The notes under the pieces are model-generated. The model did not search any database. It was not told the origin of the DNA and saw only the letters and a list, made by a program, of their open reading frames with translations. 64,000 bases of DNA. Source: Phoronis australis (Eukaryota; Animalia; Phoronida). The position numbers were made by a program, and so were the translations under genes. Shown piece after piece: positions 25,435-36,124 of this stretch. Within the stretch, counting starts at the first letter, position 1. The number at the start of each line of letters is the position of its first letter. The stretch is taken from NCBI GenBank assembly GCA_002633005.1, contig NMRA01000309.1, positions 62,001-126,000 of the forward strand. The letters run 5' to 3'.

Positions 25435-25680
25435 GTATGTGCGTGCACCCACCCTAAAATATAGGGGGCCGGGCTCGAATTTTTCGGTATGTGGACCTTT
25501 TACAGCCAAAATTCAACGGCAAAGAAACGAAGAAAAACGGGATAATAGGATCAGGCCTACGAATTGTGCATCCGCGCATATTTCCTATGGACTTTGTGGA
25601 TTTTTGTCTCGCTTACTCGGACTTTTTGTTTCACTGAGGCGGACGTTTTTGCCCATTTCGCCAAATTGGGGGGCTCGTCA
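25435..25680. repeat. Dispersed repeat; inverted copy at about 53795-54010
   Basis: cggactttttgtttcactgaggcggacgtttttgcccatttcgccaaat matches the reverse complement of atttggcgaagtgggcaaaaatgttcgcctcacagaaacaaaaagtccg. Confidence 0.75.
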
Positions 25681-26573
25681 AAAATGAACCAGTCTGTTGA
25701 AACGGGCACCATGTCTGCAAAATTTCGCGAACATGAATCGAAGGGTTTTGGCGCCGTACAGCAGCGGACACTACTGAGCTAGTCAGACTCCACAATATAT
25801 ACTCACATGGGTGCAAGCAGTAATTGGTCACTGAGTTAAACCGTGAGTTTGGCTTTTGATCGGACAACCACAACACTGAGTTCAAGTCGTTTATTCCAAT
25901 GATAGCGGACAGTCGTGTCGCCATCTAACGTATACAGAGTGAGGCTCTCAACAACTGAAAATAGAACTTATTCATTATTTGAACGGTAAAATCAGTTAAT
26001 CACAAATGAGGAAAAGAGAAGTAATGAGCATTCCAACTATTGTTCCTTTGTTGATATTTCTCAACCTCTACTGTGTTTACAACCTGTCTGAGCAACACAA
26101 TGGAGCGAATCCACTTGTCTGCACAGTCTCCACCGCTTATGTAGTGCGTCATCCGTTTCTTGATCCCATGAGTTAACCGTATTCAGCGTTATTCGACAAT
26201 TAGACTCCGGCCACTGGTATTTACGAGCTTGTTGAAATCATATCATTAGCATGATCGACAACTTTCCTTTATCCAACCAATAGAAATCAAACGAAATGCT
26301 ACAGTAGAACCAAAAGTATTTAGACAAATAACACAAAATTCCCCATTATGACGGCTGGGTAAAAGCCGAATTCGGCGTCAAAGTAATCTTTCCTCATTAC
26401 TTAGAATAATTGTCTATTAACAAGAGAGTGAAGATAACGTAGCTAAACCATTATGCAATTAGACTTTTCTTCCATAATTGCTATTATCAGCCATATTTGT
26501 TGTTCACGGAATAGGCATCATGCCACGGAAATGGTACATTGTCTGACTAGTTTTGTATTTAACTTAACTACTT

Positions 26574-28235
26574 GTGTGTATATTAAAAATTCGAAAGCAC
26601 AAAAGCAGTTTAATTATGTGTGTAGACATTTTAATTGAATTTATTGATCAAAGTAATGAGCTGTCAATGAATATAAGCAGCCGTAGTGGTGAAAACTCAC
26701 CAGACCAAGAACTCGATGGTATAATGCAGCCAGCTATAGATGACATAGATGACCGAAGCCTCAAGCATCATTTTCAAAGTTTTTGCATCAGAACTACAGC
26801 GCATGGACTTTCTCAGATAACAGAGAAAACAAGTAAACTCCGAGTAGCCTTCTGGGTACTGTCATTTTCCGTCAGTCTGGTCGCATGCATAAGTCTTGTA
26901 CTTGGAACTATTTTTCACTACTCCTTACAGCACTCTAGTATGATGTCGAAAGTTAAAGTGGACCGCAACAAACCCTTCCCTGCTGTAACGATTTGCAACA
27001 TTAATCCAAACAGTTACAGCAAGCTAGTTCAACACCAGTACAGTTTCTTTGAAAATCTAGGCCTGTTCAACAATGATTGCGAAAGGGAATTTCAAGAAGA
27101 TGGATCGCTCTCTGGAAAGTTACCTAGAGACTGGATTCTAAGTTTATTTGAATACAACCAAACAGTAGCAGATATCTTTGGTCATTCCAAGAGAGATTTT
27201 ATTGTCAGCTGTATGTACAATTATAAGCCAAATTGTGAAGTCTGGTTCAGACGTACGATTATCCCGAGATATTACAACTGCTACACATTTGAGCCACCAA
27301 TGAACCCAATGACTGCTAATAAAGGGTTTGGTCTGTCATTAACACTTTTTGTTGAGGATTGGAGGTTTGGCATTATGCCTCCAACCCCTATTGCGATACC
27401 GCCAAATTGGAATGATGGTACTGGTGTTCGTGTGTTTATTCACGAAAAGAACCACATGCCTCCATTACAGGAGTCAGCATCTGGATTTGTGGCGAAAGTT
27501 GGTCAAACAACTGACTTTATAGTTGACTTAGTAGAAACCACAAGACGAAAGTGCAGCAGTGAGAAAGTTATAATCAGAGGCAATAGGTCTTATAATTACA
27601 GCAAGAGATCATGTGAACTCTTAAACTTTCAGACACAAATTGCTGATTCTTGCGACTGTGTGACTTCATATTTTGTTATTGAAGGACAGCATCAATTAGA
27701 AAAACCATTCTGCGGAGGATATCCATGTAATGCAACTAAATTTTCTGAAAATTTCGCATGCCTCCTCAACAAGTATCAAAAGAGCGTCGCTGAAACTAAG
27801 GAATCCGATTGTTTGCCACGATGTAAAGAAAGAAATTACAAGGTTAAAACCTCCGAAATTACTTGGCCATCCTATATTGAAAGCCAGCTTATATTTGAGC
27901 TGATAAAAAGCAAGCCAAACGATACCCTGTACAATGAACAGCTACTGAAAGTGAGCAAGGACCAGCAGCAAAGATTCCTTAGGCAGAACATGTTGACAAT
28001 CAACATAGATGTTGATAACTTTGAAATTAAAGAAGAAATTGAAGTACTAGACATGGACCAGTATACATTGTTTTCAAATATTGGTGGTGCCTTGGGCTTC
28101 TGTGTTGGAATATCAGTTCTCACATTGCTCGAGGTCTTTGAGCTGGTAGTGTATTTAGCGCACGATGTTTGGGACAAGTACATCAGCCCACTCATCCGTG
28201 CAAGACAAGAAAAAGTCACCCCTTTCCAGAAGTAA
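26574..28235 (+). CDS. DEG/ENaC family ion channel, copy 1 (intronless, FaNaC/ASIC-like)
   Basis: TTAHGL (HG motif), TM1, FPAVTICNIN, YNCYTF, GLSLTLF, GVRVFIH, Cys-rich thumb, WPS, TM2 [20 protein letters not shown]. The true start may be a downstream ATG such as 26724 (MQPAIDD). Confidence 0.92.
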   Translation: MCILKIRKHKSSLIMCVDILIEFIDQSNELSMNISSRSGENSPDQELDGIMQPAIDDIDDRSLKHHFQSFCIRTTAHGLSQITEKTSKLRVAFWVLSFSVSLVACISLVLGTIFHYSLQHSSMMSKVKVDRNKPFPAVTICNINPNSYSKLVQHQYSFFENLGLFNNDCEREFQEDGSLSGKLPRDWILSLFEYNQTVADIFGHSKRDFIVSCMYNYKPNCEVWFRRTIIPRYYNCYTFEPPMNPMTANKGFGLSLTLFVEDWRFGIMPPTPIAIPPNWNDGTGVRVFIHEKNHMPPLQESASGFVAKVGQTTDFIVDLVETTRRKCSSEKVIIRGNRSYNYSKRSCELLNFQTQIADSCDCVTSYFVIEGQHQLEKPFCGGYPCNATKFSENFACLLNKYQKSVAETKESDCLPRCKERNYKVKTSEITWPSYIESQLIFELIKSKPNDTLYNEQLLKVSKDQQQRFLRQNMLTINIDVDNFEIKEEIEVLDMDQYTLFSNIGGALGFCVGISVLTLLEVFELVVYLAHDVWDKYISPLIRARQEKVTPFQK

Positions 28236-28802
28236 ACAGCATGTAGCTTATTCTAGGTTATTTCCGACGGCACGGATTAGTAAACCGGAACGATTGTGAT
28301 ATTTGCGTTTTCTCACTGTCCATTTTTCCGCTAACTGAAACAAATATTGATCCTTAAACGTGAGTTGCTTGATTTCATAAATGTGTGGACGTTTTAAATA
28401 CAAAGAGTATATTTTGTTATTTCCAAGGGCACTCACAACTTTAATATGCGCAACTAATTGCATCAAGAGAGCACTTCAAACTCGAAACGGCTGAAAACAA
28501 ACGTGAATATATTTCAGTTCCAAAATATGCTACCCAATTACTACCCAACAAACTAACTCTCAAAATTAAGATTTTTTAAACATTCTTTATTGCTAGTTTT
28601 CAAATTAAACATAAACATTAGCCGGTGGCTATTATCACTGACAATTTAAAATAATTGACACTTATCAGAAACAGGAAGATAAACAAGACACCATCTACAT
28701 CTAGACTACCAGAAACCGCACACGGTTCTCTTGAAATCGTTAAGTGATTGACTTTTCCTAGTATGTCACGGTATGTCACACTATCACGTCCTATGAGTCA
28801 TG

Positions 28803-28898
28803 GGGGGTAAGTGAAGTCCTCGGTCCCATAAACATCAACAGTAAGCTTCCCCCCCCCCATCCCCTCTTAAACCGGGACCGAGGACTTCACTTACCCCC
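28803..28898. mobile_element. Short MITE-like element with perfect 25-bp inverted repeats (decayed copy at about 32855-32940)
   Basis: GGGGGTAAGTGAAGTCCTCGGTCCC ... GGGACCGAGGACTTCACTTACCCCC. Confidence 0.7.
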
Positions 28899-30621
28899 GT
28901 GTACTCCAGCATTCTTAACGAGTGAAAGGCGGGAAATCCCTCATTCATCGACAAAGACTTGGCGGACCTGGTCGAAACGTCTGCAAACAACCTACCACGC
29001 CTCTAAGTAAGTGACCATCTTATATACTACAAAATCGAAGAAGTGGGAGCCGGTTGAATGGAACCCAAAGTGTGCACGGATCGACTGCCAGACATTCTCA
29101 ATAGAAGTAGAGTTCTTGACAATGGTGTTCCAGTACTTGGCTATCTGGCCTAACATTAGCTCGAGATGGGAAACTTTCTGCTGGTATGTGCCCCTCTAGT
29201 CAGCGGGAACGTCATCGTTGTCTTTAGTGAAGAAACGATTGGTGTAGTATGTGACTTTCTGAGTGAGGTAGTGTCGGTTGAAAAAAGTGCAAAGTTTTTG
29301 TCAAGTGATAGCGTGTAGTTTATGTTTTGTTTGCATGACTCATAGGACGTTATAGTGTCATGTTTGGTCAAAGACCATTGCTTTGGGGCACGTAACGATA
29401 ACACGATTGTCGTATGTTTACTTTCAACAGTTAGTTGAAACAGATATAGAATAACCTATCTTGCTGCAGGATAATTGTTCCAAACAGTGAATGTTCATAC
29501 TGAATTTGTGTGGTAACCATCTCCGTGAATTGTCGAAATTGATCAGGAAATGGATAGAGACTGCGCTGCCACCACGCCAGTGGATAAACAAACACCAAAT
29601 TGAAGCGAAATATGTAACTATGTTCAGGCATACAATGGCGGTCGAAGCAGACGTCTGAAACAGGGGTCGCACAACGGGATGTGCTACAACAGGAAGTGGC
29701 GCAGAGTTTAAGCCTACAAAATCTGTTTTGTTTTCGTCATTTTACTACATATCACAGCATATAGTCTCATCAATAAATATCTAATTGCCAAATTCCATGA
29801 AAATATGTCAAGAAACTCCGAAGATACACAAGCCAGCATAAAAAAGTAAAATTGTCCCTAGGGAAAATTTTGCTTGTGTTGTTCCACCTGAACATGCATC
29901 GAGGGTTTTGGAGGTACGCCTTCGGACACCACTGAATTAACCAGACGCCACTAGTATATACTCATACGAGTGCAAAACATAGTCACTAAAAATGGAATTT
30001 ATTCATTATTTGAATGGGTAAAATTAATTAATCACAACACAAGAAAAGAAAAATAAAGCGCATTCAAACTATTGTTCCTTTGTTGATATTTCTCAACCTC
30101 TATTGTGTTTACAACCTGCCTGAGCAACACAATGGAGCGAAGTCACTTGTCTATAACGCCTTCACTGCACAATAGAACGCTTATATAGTGTGACATCTGT
30201 TTCTCCCTTCAGTTACAATTTTCGGAGTTAACGGAGATTTCCTGATGATTAGACTCCAGGCTCTGCTATTTACGATCTGCTTGAAATCATATCATTAGCA
30301 TGATCAACATCCTTCATTTATCCGACCAATAGAAATCAATAGAAATGCTACAGTACAAGTCAAAAATATTTAGACCAATGACACAAACTTCCTCATTATC
30401 ACGGTTGGGCAAAAGTCGAATTCATCGTCAAAGTAGTCTTTCCTCATTACTGAGGATGCCGGCCACTTTACAAGAAAGTGAACATAACGTAGCTAAACTA
30501 TTCTGCAATTAGAATTTTCCTCCATAATAAATATTATCAGTCATTTTTGCTGTTCACATCATGCCACGGAAATCGTACTTTGTCTGATTACTTTTGTCTT
30601 TAACTGTAAGTACAGGATTGT

Positions 30622-32277
30622 ATGTTTAAAAATTTCAAAAGCAGATTAGTTATGTGTGTAGGCGTTTCAATTGAATTTATTGATCAAAATAATGAGCTGT
30701 TATTGAATATAAGCAGCTGCAGTGGTGAAAACACACCAAACCAAGAACTCGTGGGTATAATGGAGCCAGATATAACTGACATGAAAGACCGCAGCCTCAA
30801 ATATCGTTTTCAAAGTTTTTGCATCAGCACTACAGCACATGGACTTTCTCAGATAACAGAGAAAACAAGTAAGCTTCGAATAGCCTTCTGGGTACTGTCA
30901 TTTTTCGTCAGTCTGGTCGCATGCATAAGTCTTATACTTGGAACTATTTTTCACTACTCATTACAGCACTCTAGTATGATGTCGAAAGTTAAAGTGGATC
31001 GCAACAAACCCTTCCCTGCTGTGACGATTTGCAACATTAATCCAAACAGCTACAGCAAGCTAGTTCAACACCAGTACAGTTTCTTTGAAAATCTAGGCCT
31101 GTTTGACAGTGATTGCAAAAGGGAATTCCGAGATGATGGATCGTTCTCTTATCAGTTACCTCAAGACTGGGTTCTTAATTTATATGAATACAATCAGACA
31201 GTAACAGATGTCTTTGGTCATTCCAAGAGAGATTTCATTGTCGGCTGTATTTACAATTTTCTGCCGAATTGTGAAGTCTGGTTGAGACGAACGATTTTCC
31301 CGAGATATTACAACTGCTACACGTTTGAGGCTCCAATGAACCCAATGACTGCTAATAAAGGGTTTGGTTTGTCGTTAACACTGTTTGTTGAGGATTGGAA
31401 GTTTGAAACCATGCCTCCGACCCCTATTACGGTACCCACAAATTGGAATGAGGGTGCTGGTGTGCGTGTATTTTTTCATCAAAAGAAACACTTGCCTGCG
31501 TTACAGGAGTCAGCATCTGGATTTGTGGCGAAAGTTGGTCACACAACTGACTTTATAGTAGACTTAGTAGACACTACAAGGCTAAGTCGAAAGTGCAGCA
31601 GCGAGAAAGCGATAATCAGAGGCAACAGGACTTATAATTACAGCAAGAGATCATGTGAAATCTTGAACATTCAGACACAAATAGCTGATTCTTGCGATTG
31701 TGTGAGTTCGTACTTTGTACTTGACGGACAGCATCAATTAGAAAAACCATTCTGCGGAAGATATCCATGCAATGCTAACAAAGTTCATGAAAACTTCGCC
31801 TGCCTCGCTAAAATGAATAGCAAGATAATGGCTGAACTTGAGAGTTTTGAGTGTTTGCCACAATGTAAAGAAAGAAATTACAAGGTCAAAACCATTGAAA
31901 GTATTTGGCCGTCCGATGTTCAAAGCCAAAATCTGATTGGTCTGATCAAAAGCAAGCCAAACGATACTCTTTACAATGAGCAGTTACTGAAAGTGAGCGA
32001 AGATCAGCAGCATAGATTTGTCAAAGAGAACATGTTGAAAATCAACATAGATTTTGATAACATTGAAATTAAAGAAGAAATTGAAGTTCCAGACATGGAC
32101 CAGTATGCATTATTTTCAAATATTGGTGGCGCCTTGGGTTTTTGTGTTGGAATATCAGTTCTCACATTGCTCGAGGTCTTTGAGCTGATAGTGTATTTAG
32201 CGCACGATGTTTTGGACAAGTACATAATCCCACTCATCCGTGCAAGACAAGAAAAAGTCACCCCTTTCCAGAAGTAA
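30622..32277 (+). CDS. DEG/ENaC family ion channel, copy 2 (intronless)
   Basis: Same motif set as copy 1 in an intact 551-aa ORF; the ATG equivalent to 26724 is at 30760 (MEPDITD). Confidence 0.92.
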   Translation: MFKNFKSRLVMCVGVSIEFIDQNNELLLNISSCSGENTPNQELVGIMEPDITDMKDRSLKYRFQSFCISTTAHGLSQITEKTSKLRIAFWVLSFFVSLVACISLILGTIFHYSLQHSSMMSKVKVDRNKPFPAVTICNINPNSYSKLVQHQYSFFENLGLFDSDCKREFRDDGSFSYQLPQDWVLNLYEYNQTVTDVFGHSKRDFIVGCIYNFLPNCEVWLRRTIFPRYYNCYTFEAPMNPMTANKGFGLSLTLFVEDWKFETMPPTPITVPTNWNEGAGVRVFFHQKKHLPALQESASGFVAKVGHTTDFIVDLVDTTRLSRKCSSEKAIIRGNRTYNYSKRSCEILNIQTQIADSCDCVSSYFVLDGQHQLEKPFCGRYPCNANKVHENFACLAKMNSKIMAELESFECLPQCKERNYKVKTIESIWPSDVQSQNLIGLIKSKPNDTLYNEQLLKVSEDQQHRFVKENMLKINIDFDNIEIKEEIEVPDMDQYALFSNIGGALGFCVGISVLTLLEVFELIVYLAHDVLDKYIIPLIRARQEKVTPFQK

Positions 32278-33541
32278 ACAGCATGTAGCTTATTCTAGGT
32301 TATTTCCGACGGCACGGATTAGTAAACCGGAACGATTACGATATTTGCGTTTTCTCACTGTCCATTTTTCCGCTAACTGAAACAAATATTGATCCTTAAA
32401 CGTGAGTTGCTTGATTTCATAATTGTGTGGACGTTTTAAATACAAAGAATATATTTTGTTATTTCCAAGGGCACTCACAACTTTAATATGCGCAACTAAT
32501 TGCATCAAGAGAGCACTTCAAACTCGAACGGCTGAAAACAACCATTTCTCATTACTAGGTGAATATATTTCAGTTCCACAATATGCTACCCAATTACTAC
32601 CCAACAAACTAACTCTCAAAATTAAGATTTTTTATAAATTTTTTATTGTTAGTTTTCAAAGTAAACTAAACATTAGCCGATGGCTATTATCGCTGACAAT
32701 TTAAAAATAATTGACACTTATCAGAAATAGGAGGACAAATAAGACACCATCTACATCCAGACTACCAGAAACCGCACACGTTTCTCTTGAAATCGTTAAG
32801 TGAGTGTCTTTTCCTAATGTCACGGTATGTCACAATATCGCGTCCTATGAGTCATGGCGGGTAAGTGAAGTGCTCGGTCCCCTAAACATCAACAGTCAGC
32901 GTCCCCCCTCCCTCTTGAACCCAGGACTTCACTTACCCCCGTGTACTCCAGCATTCTTAACGAGTGAAAGGTGAGAAATCCCTCATTCATCGACAAAGAC
33001 TTGGCGGACCAGGTCGAAACGTCTGCAAACAACCTACCACGTCTCTAAGTAAGTGACCATCTTATATACTACAAAATCGAAGAAGTGGGAGCCGGTTGAA
33101 TGGAACCCAAAGTGTGCACGGATCGACTGCCAGACATTCTCAATAGAAGTAGTGTTCTTGACAATGGTGTTCCAGTAGTTGGCTATCTGGCCTTTAGCTC
33201 GAGATGGGTCACTTTCTGCTGGTGTGTGCGGGTTACCGCACGATCTTTGGGACAAGTTCATAAACCCACTCTGCTGTACAAAATAAGGGAAGTCTACCCT
33301 TTTCAAAAATAAACAAAAAGCTACTTTCGTCACTTGTAGCCTAATACACGAGCCTATTTTGGGTATTGTTTTCATATAATGAAAATTATCCTAAAATGGC
33401 GTGTCACGGGGAATTCAATTCGCGAAGCCAATCAAGGCGAAAAATCACCAGTTTCAATCTATGATACGAGTTTATTTTAACGCTATAAGTACTCCGCTCT
33501 GCTCCATACAAAAGGAAAAAACTCTGACAGTGATTTGATAA

Positions 33542-34190
33542 TGTAACACGGGTGCCCTAGACATGATTATGTAAGTAAGATATATGCGCCCTCTAGTGGT
33601 CAAGCTGTGTAATACGTATGGAATTTTCCTATGATTTTTGAGTCCTTTGGATATGGCCAAAAATGATCAGAACCTAGGAGTTATGGGCCTTGCCCTTCAG
33701 ATCGTGTATGATTGGTTGAAACTGTGTACTTAAACTTTGTCTCTGTCAGACACGAGGAGTCCAGTCGCAGAGTTCAAGAAGCAAACATTTACACCTTCAC
33801 TCACTCCAAATTGCAACTGTTTGGAGTGCAGCTTTCGGGATCCTCCCGAACTTGGTTGCCAATAGTTTAGCCCCAGCAATTCTCGGGCTCCTCCCAAGCG
33901 TGATTGCATCTCACCTTTCGGATCTGAATAACCAAATTGCCCCGTTCTTGCACACACAACTATTAATCAGCGACTGGCTTGCCCGTGTATCAGAACTGTA
34001 TAAATCACAACGCTGCGATACTAAATCATGGAACAACTGGATTGCTTGTAAGTGTGAAATATCGTAGTTATATATTTTTACAATAAACCTACGGTATTAT
34101 TCACCAACTTTTAGTTTTCAATGTCACCCTCAGTCCGCACCGGGCTCGTAAAATCGGGGCGCCTTGGTCGTAGCTACCGCCCCCGTTACA
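33542..34190 (+). mobile_element. Solo LTR, Gypsy-like (649 bp)
   Basis: ATAA|TGTAAC ... GTTACA|ATAA: TG...CA ends, short terminal inverted repeat, 4-bp TSD, internal AATAAA at 34082. Confidence 0.8.
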
Positions 34191-34449
34191 ATAACAATCA
34201 AATTATCATTCAGTTTTTGTCTAGTATTGTTGGTTTTTGAAGATTGATTTTCTGTGCCAAATTATGCAAAAAGTCAGATTTTTTAGGTCAAATTTCTTGA
34301 AAACGTGCAACTCAAACCTTGGGAACTTTTTAGATTCTTAAAGTATAGTACTTGATGACCTTAAAACACCAAAATTAGCTTGCCCCCAAAAGTGGCCACG
34401 AGAGTTATTTTCTAGGCTTCCTAGAGCCGAATGGGCTATGACTTAATGA

Positions 34450-35160
34450 GCATAGCACCGAATAGGGGGAGGTCGGGAGGGGGTTTGCAAAAAAAAAACA
34501 CGGAGAACGTGTCAAACAGGAACTTAAAACTGCAACTACTACAGACTCAAACTCACGACCTAGCAGATAGAGCGCACGTGTTTTACCACTGCACCACCAC
34601 GATTTATCTCCCAATTTGACACTAAGAGACCTACTTATTTATGGTTTACAGCGTTTGCGCGCGAAACCTACTTCTTTGTGTAATGCTTATGCTTATTACA
34701 TGTTTTATATTTTGAGCTATCAGTTTGTAACAAATTTGTTGTATTTAAAATAGTCAATTGCCCAAAAAATCAAATCCGTTTTTTGTGTTGGCAGTAATGA
34801 CGCGATTGCTTTGGTTTGACTAAGAGAGAATTATGAGTTTCTGAGTGATTCACTAAGGCTTCGATTAAAATTGACATCATGATCTTACCAGCAGCTTCTG
34901 TTTTTCATCATCACTCAGATTCCATTATCTTTAAAAAGTGAAGTAATTTTCTTCATTCCACAGTAGAGCAGACGACGGAAACGGAGTCGTAGTGCCCAGC
35001 GCCACTGCCGGTCGCCTAAAACTGCACACATTTAAATCTTGTTTCAGCCGTATAATTTTAATTACCGGGGTTAATTAATAAAGTCAACATTTCCCTACGC
35101 TCTTGCTGTTTTTTGCAGCAGCCAAGGGGGGGCTGGGCCCACTCCCTAAATCCGGCTATG
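34450..35160 (+). mobile_element. 5'-truncated copy of the non-autonomous hAT-like element at 48494-49483
   Basis: About 650 bp collinear with 48570-49483; ends ctaaatccggctatg; includes a tRNA-like segment on the minus strand. Confidence 0.75.
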
Positions 35161-36124
35161 GAATGTCCAAAGTTTCCCAAAACATTGTCTTATGATAGCA
35201 ACAGTATAGAAATTCAAAAACAAAAGGCATTTATTTGGCGATACTTATCTCAAACGAAAAAAGCACTTATCCTCCAATTGTTGAGATTTTATTACAGGCA
35301 CAAGAATCTCGCAAAAACCCAAGTACATGAAGGTCAGAACGCAGCTCTCTACTCATTCTGTTTCGAATTTCACCAAAACGGTTGTTTCAGAATAAAACAC
35401 AATACAAACAGAATTTACATAAATCTTTATTAAATGAAATGAACATAATAACATCAACCCACTTGGNAGTATAGAAATTCAAAAACAAAAGGCATTTATT
35501 TGGCGATACTTATCTCAAACACGAAAAAAGCACTTATCCTCCAATTGTTGAGATTTTATTACAGGCACAAGAATCTCGCAAAAACCCAAGTACATGAAGG
35601 TCAGAACGCAGCTCTCTACTCATTCTGTTTCGAATTTCACCAAAACGGTTGTTTCAGAATAAAACACAATACAAAGAGAATTTACATAAATCTTTATTAA
35701 ATGAAATGAACATAATAACATCAACCCACTTGGCACCCAGCCAGTACTTATTTACAATGACATAAAAATACAAGCTCAATCAACATGTCACAACTGAAGT
35801 GCAAAAACACAAAACCATGAAATGAAATACAATTTTCAGTAAATTTCTTTTTAATCGCATTGCCATTATTTTTTGTTATTCTTTTCTGTCTTGCCTTTTT
35901 CAAGTGATCATTAGCTTTTTCTAACTCTTCACCAAATATAAAATCTTGCTTTCTCCAAATTAGCACTTCATTTCAGGCAACCACCAATTGAATTCCAATT
36001 TTACTTTTTCAAAATTTTCACCTGAAGTTTGTGAAACTGACTTATCTTTTCATGACTGACTATAGAATGGCTTTGTAGCATGATAAACTCTTTCCGCAGG
36101 TTATACAGATCTGACACAATGCTA

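Larger units (their letters stand above)
25950..33229 (+). repeat. Tandem segmental duplication (about 25950-29191 and 29984-33229), each unit carrying a DEG/ENaC gene with its flanks
   Basis: Collinear 5' flank (ttattcattatttgaa...), ORF and about 0.95 kb of 3' flank ending at ctcgagatggg...ctttctgctggt. Confidence 0.92.

Noticed and set aside
24763-25509. Four long ORFs in the track
   Set aside because: They are open only because they cross the N gap.
27872-28466. Minus-strand ORFs conserved in both duplicates (also 32004-32508)
   Set aside because: Antisense shadows preserved by the recent duplication; no recognisable domain.
29424-29700. Possible second THAP remnant (SLYPFP...RRWL...CSK across frames)
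   Set aside because: It needs several frameshifts and I found no TIRs; too weak to call.
35203-35733. About 265-bp near-exact tandem duplication at the TBC1D32 3' end
   Set aside because: The copies are separated by a single N at 35467, which points to an unmerged contig overlap or haplotype artefact.
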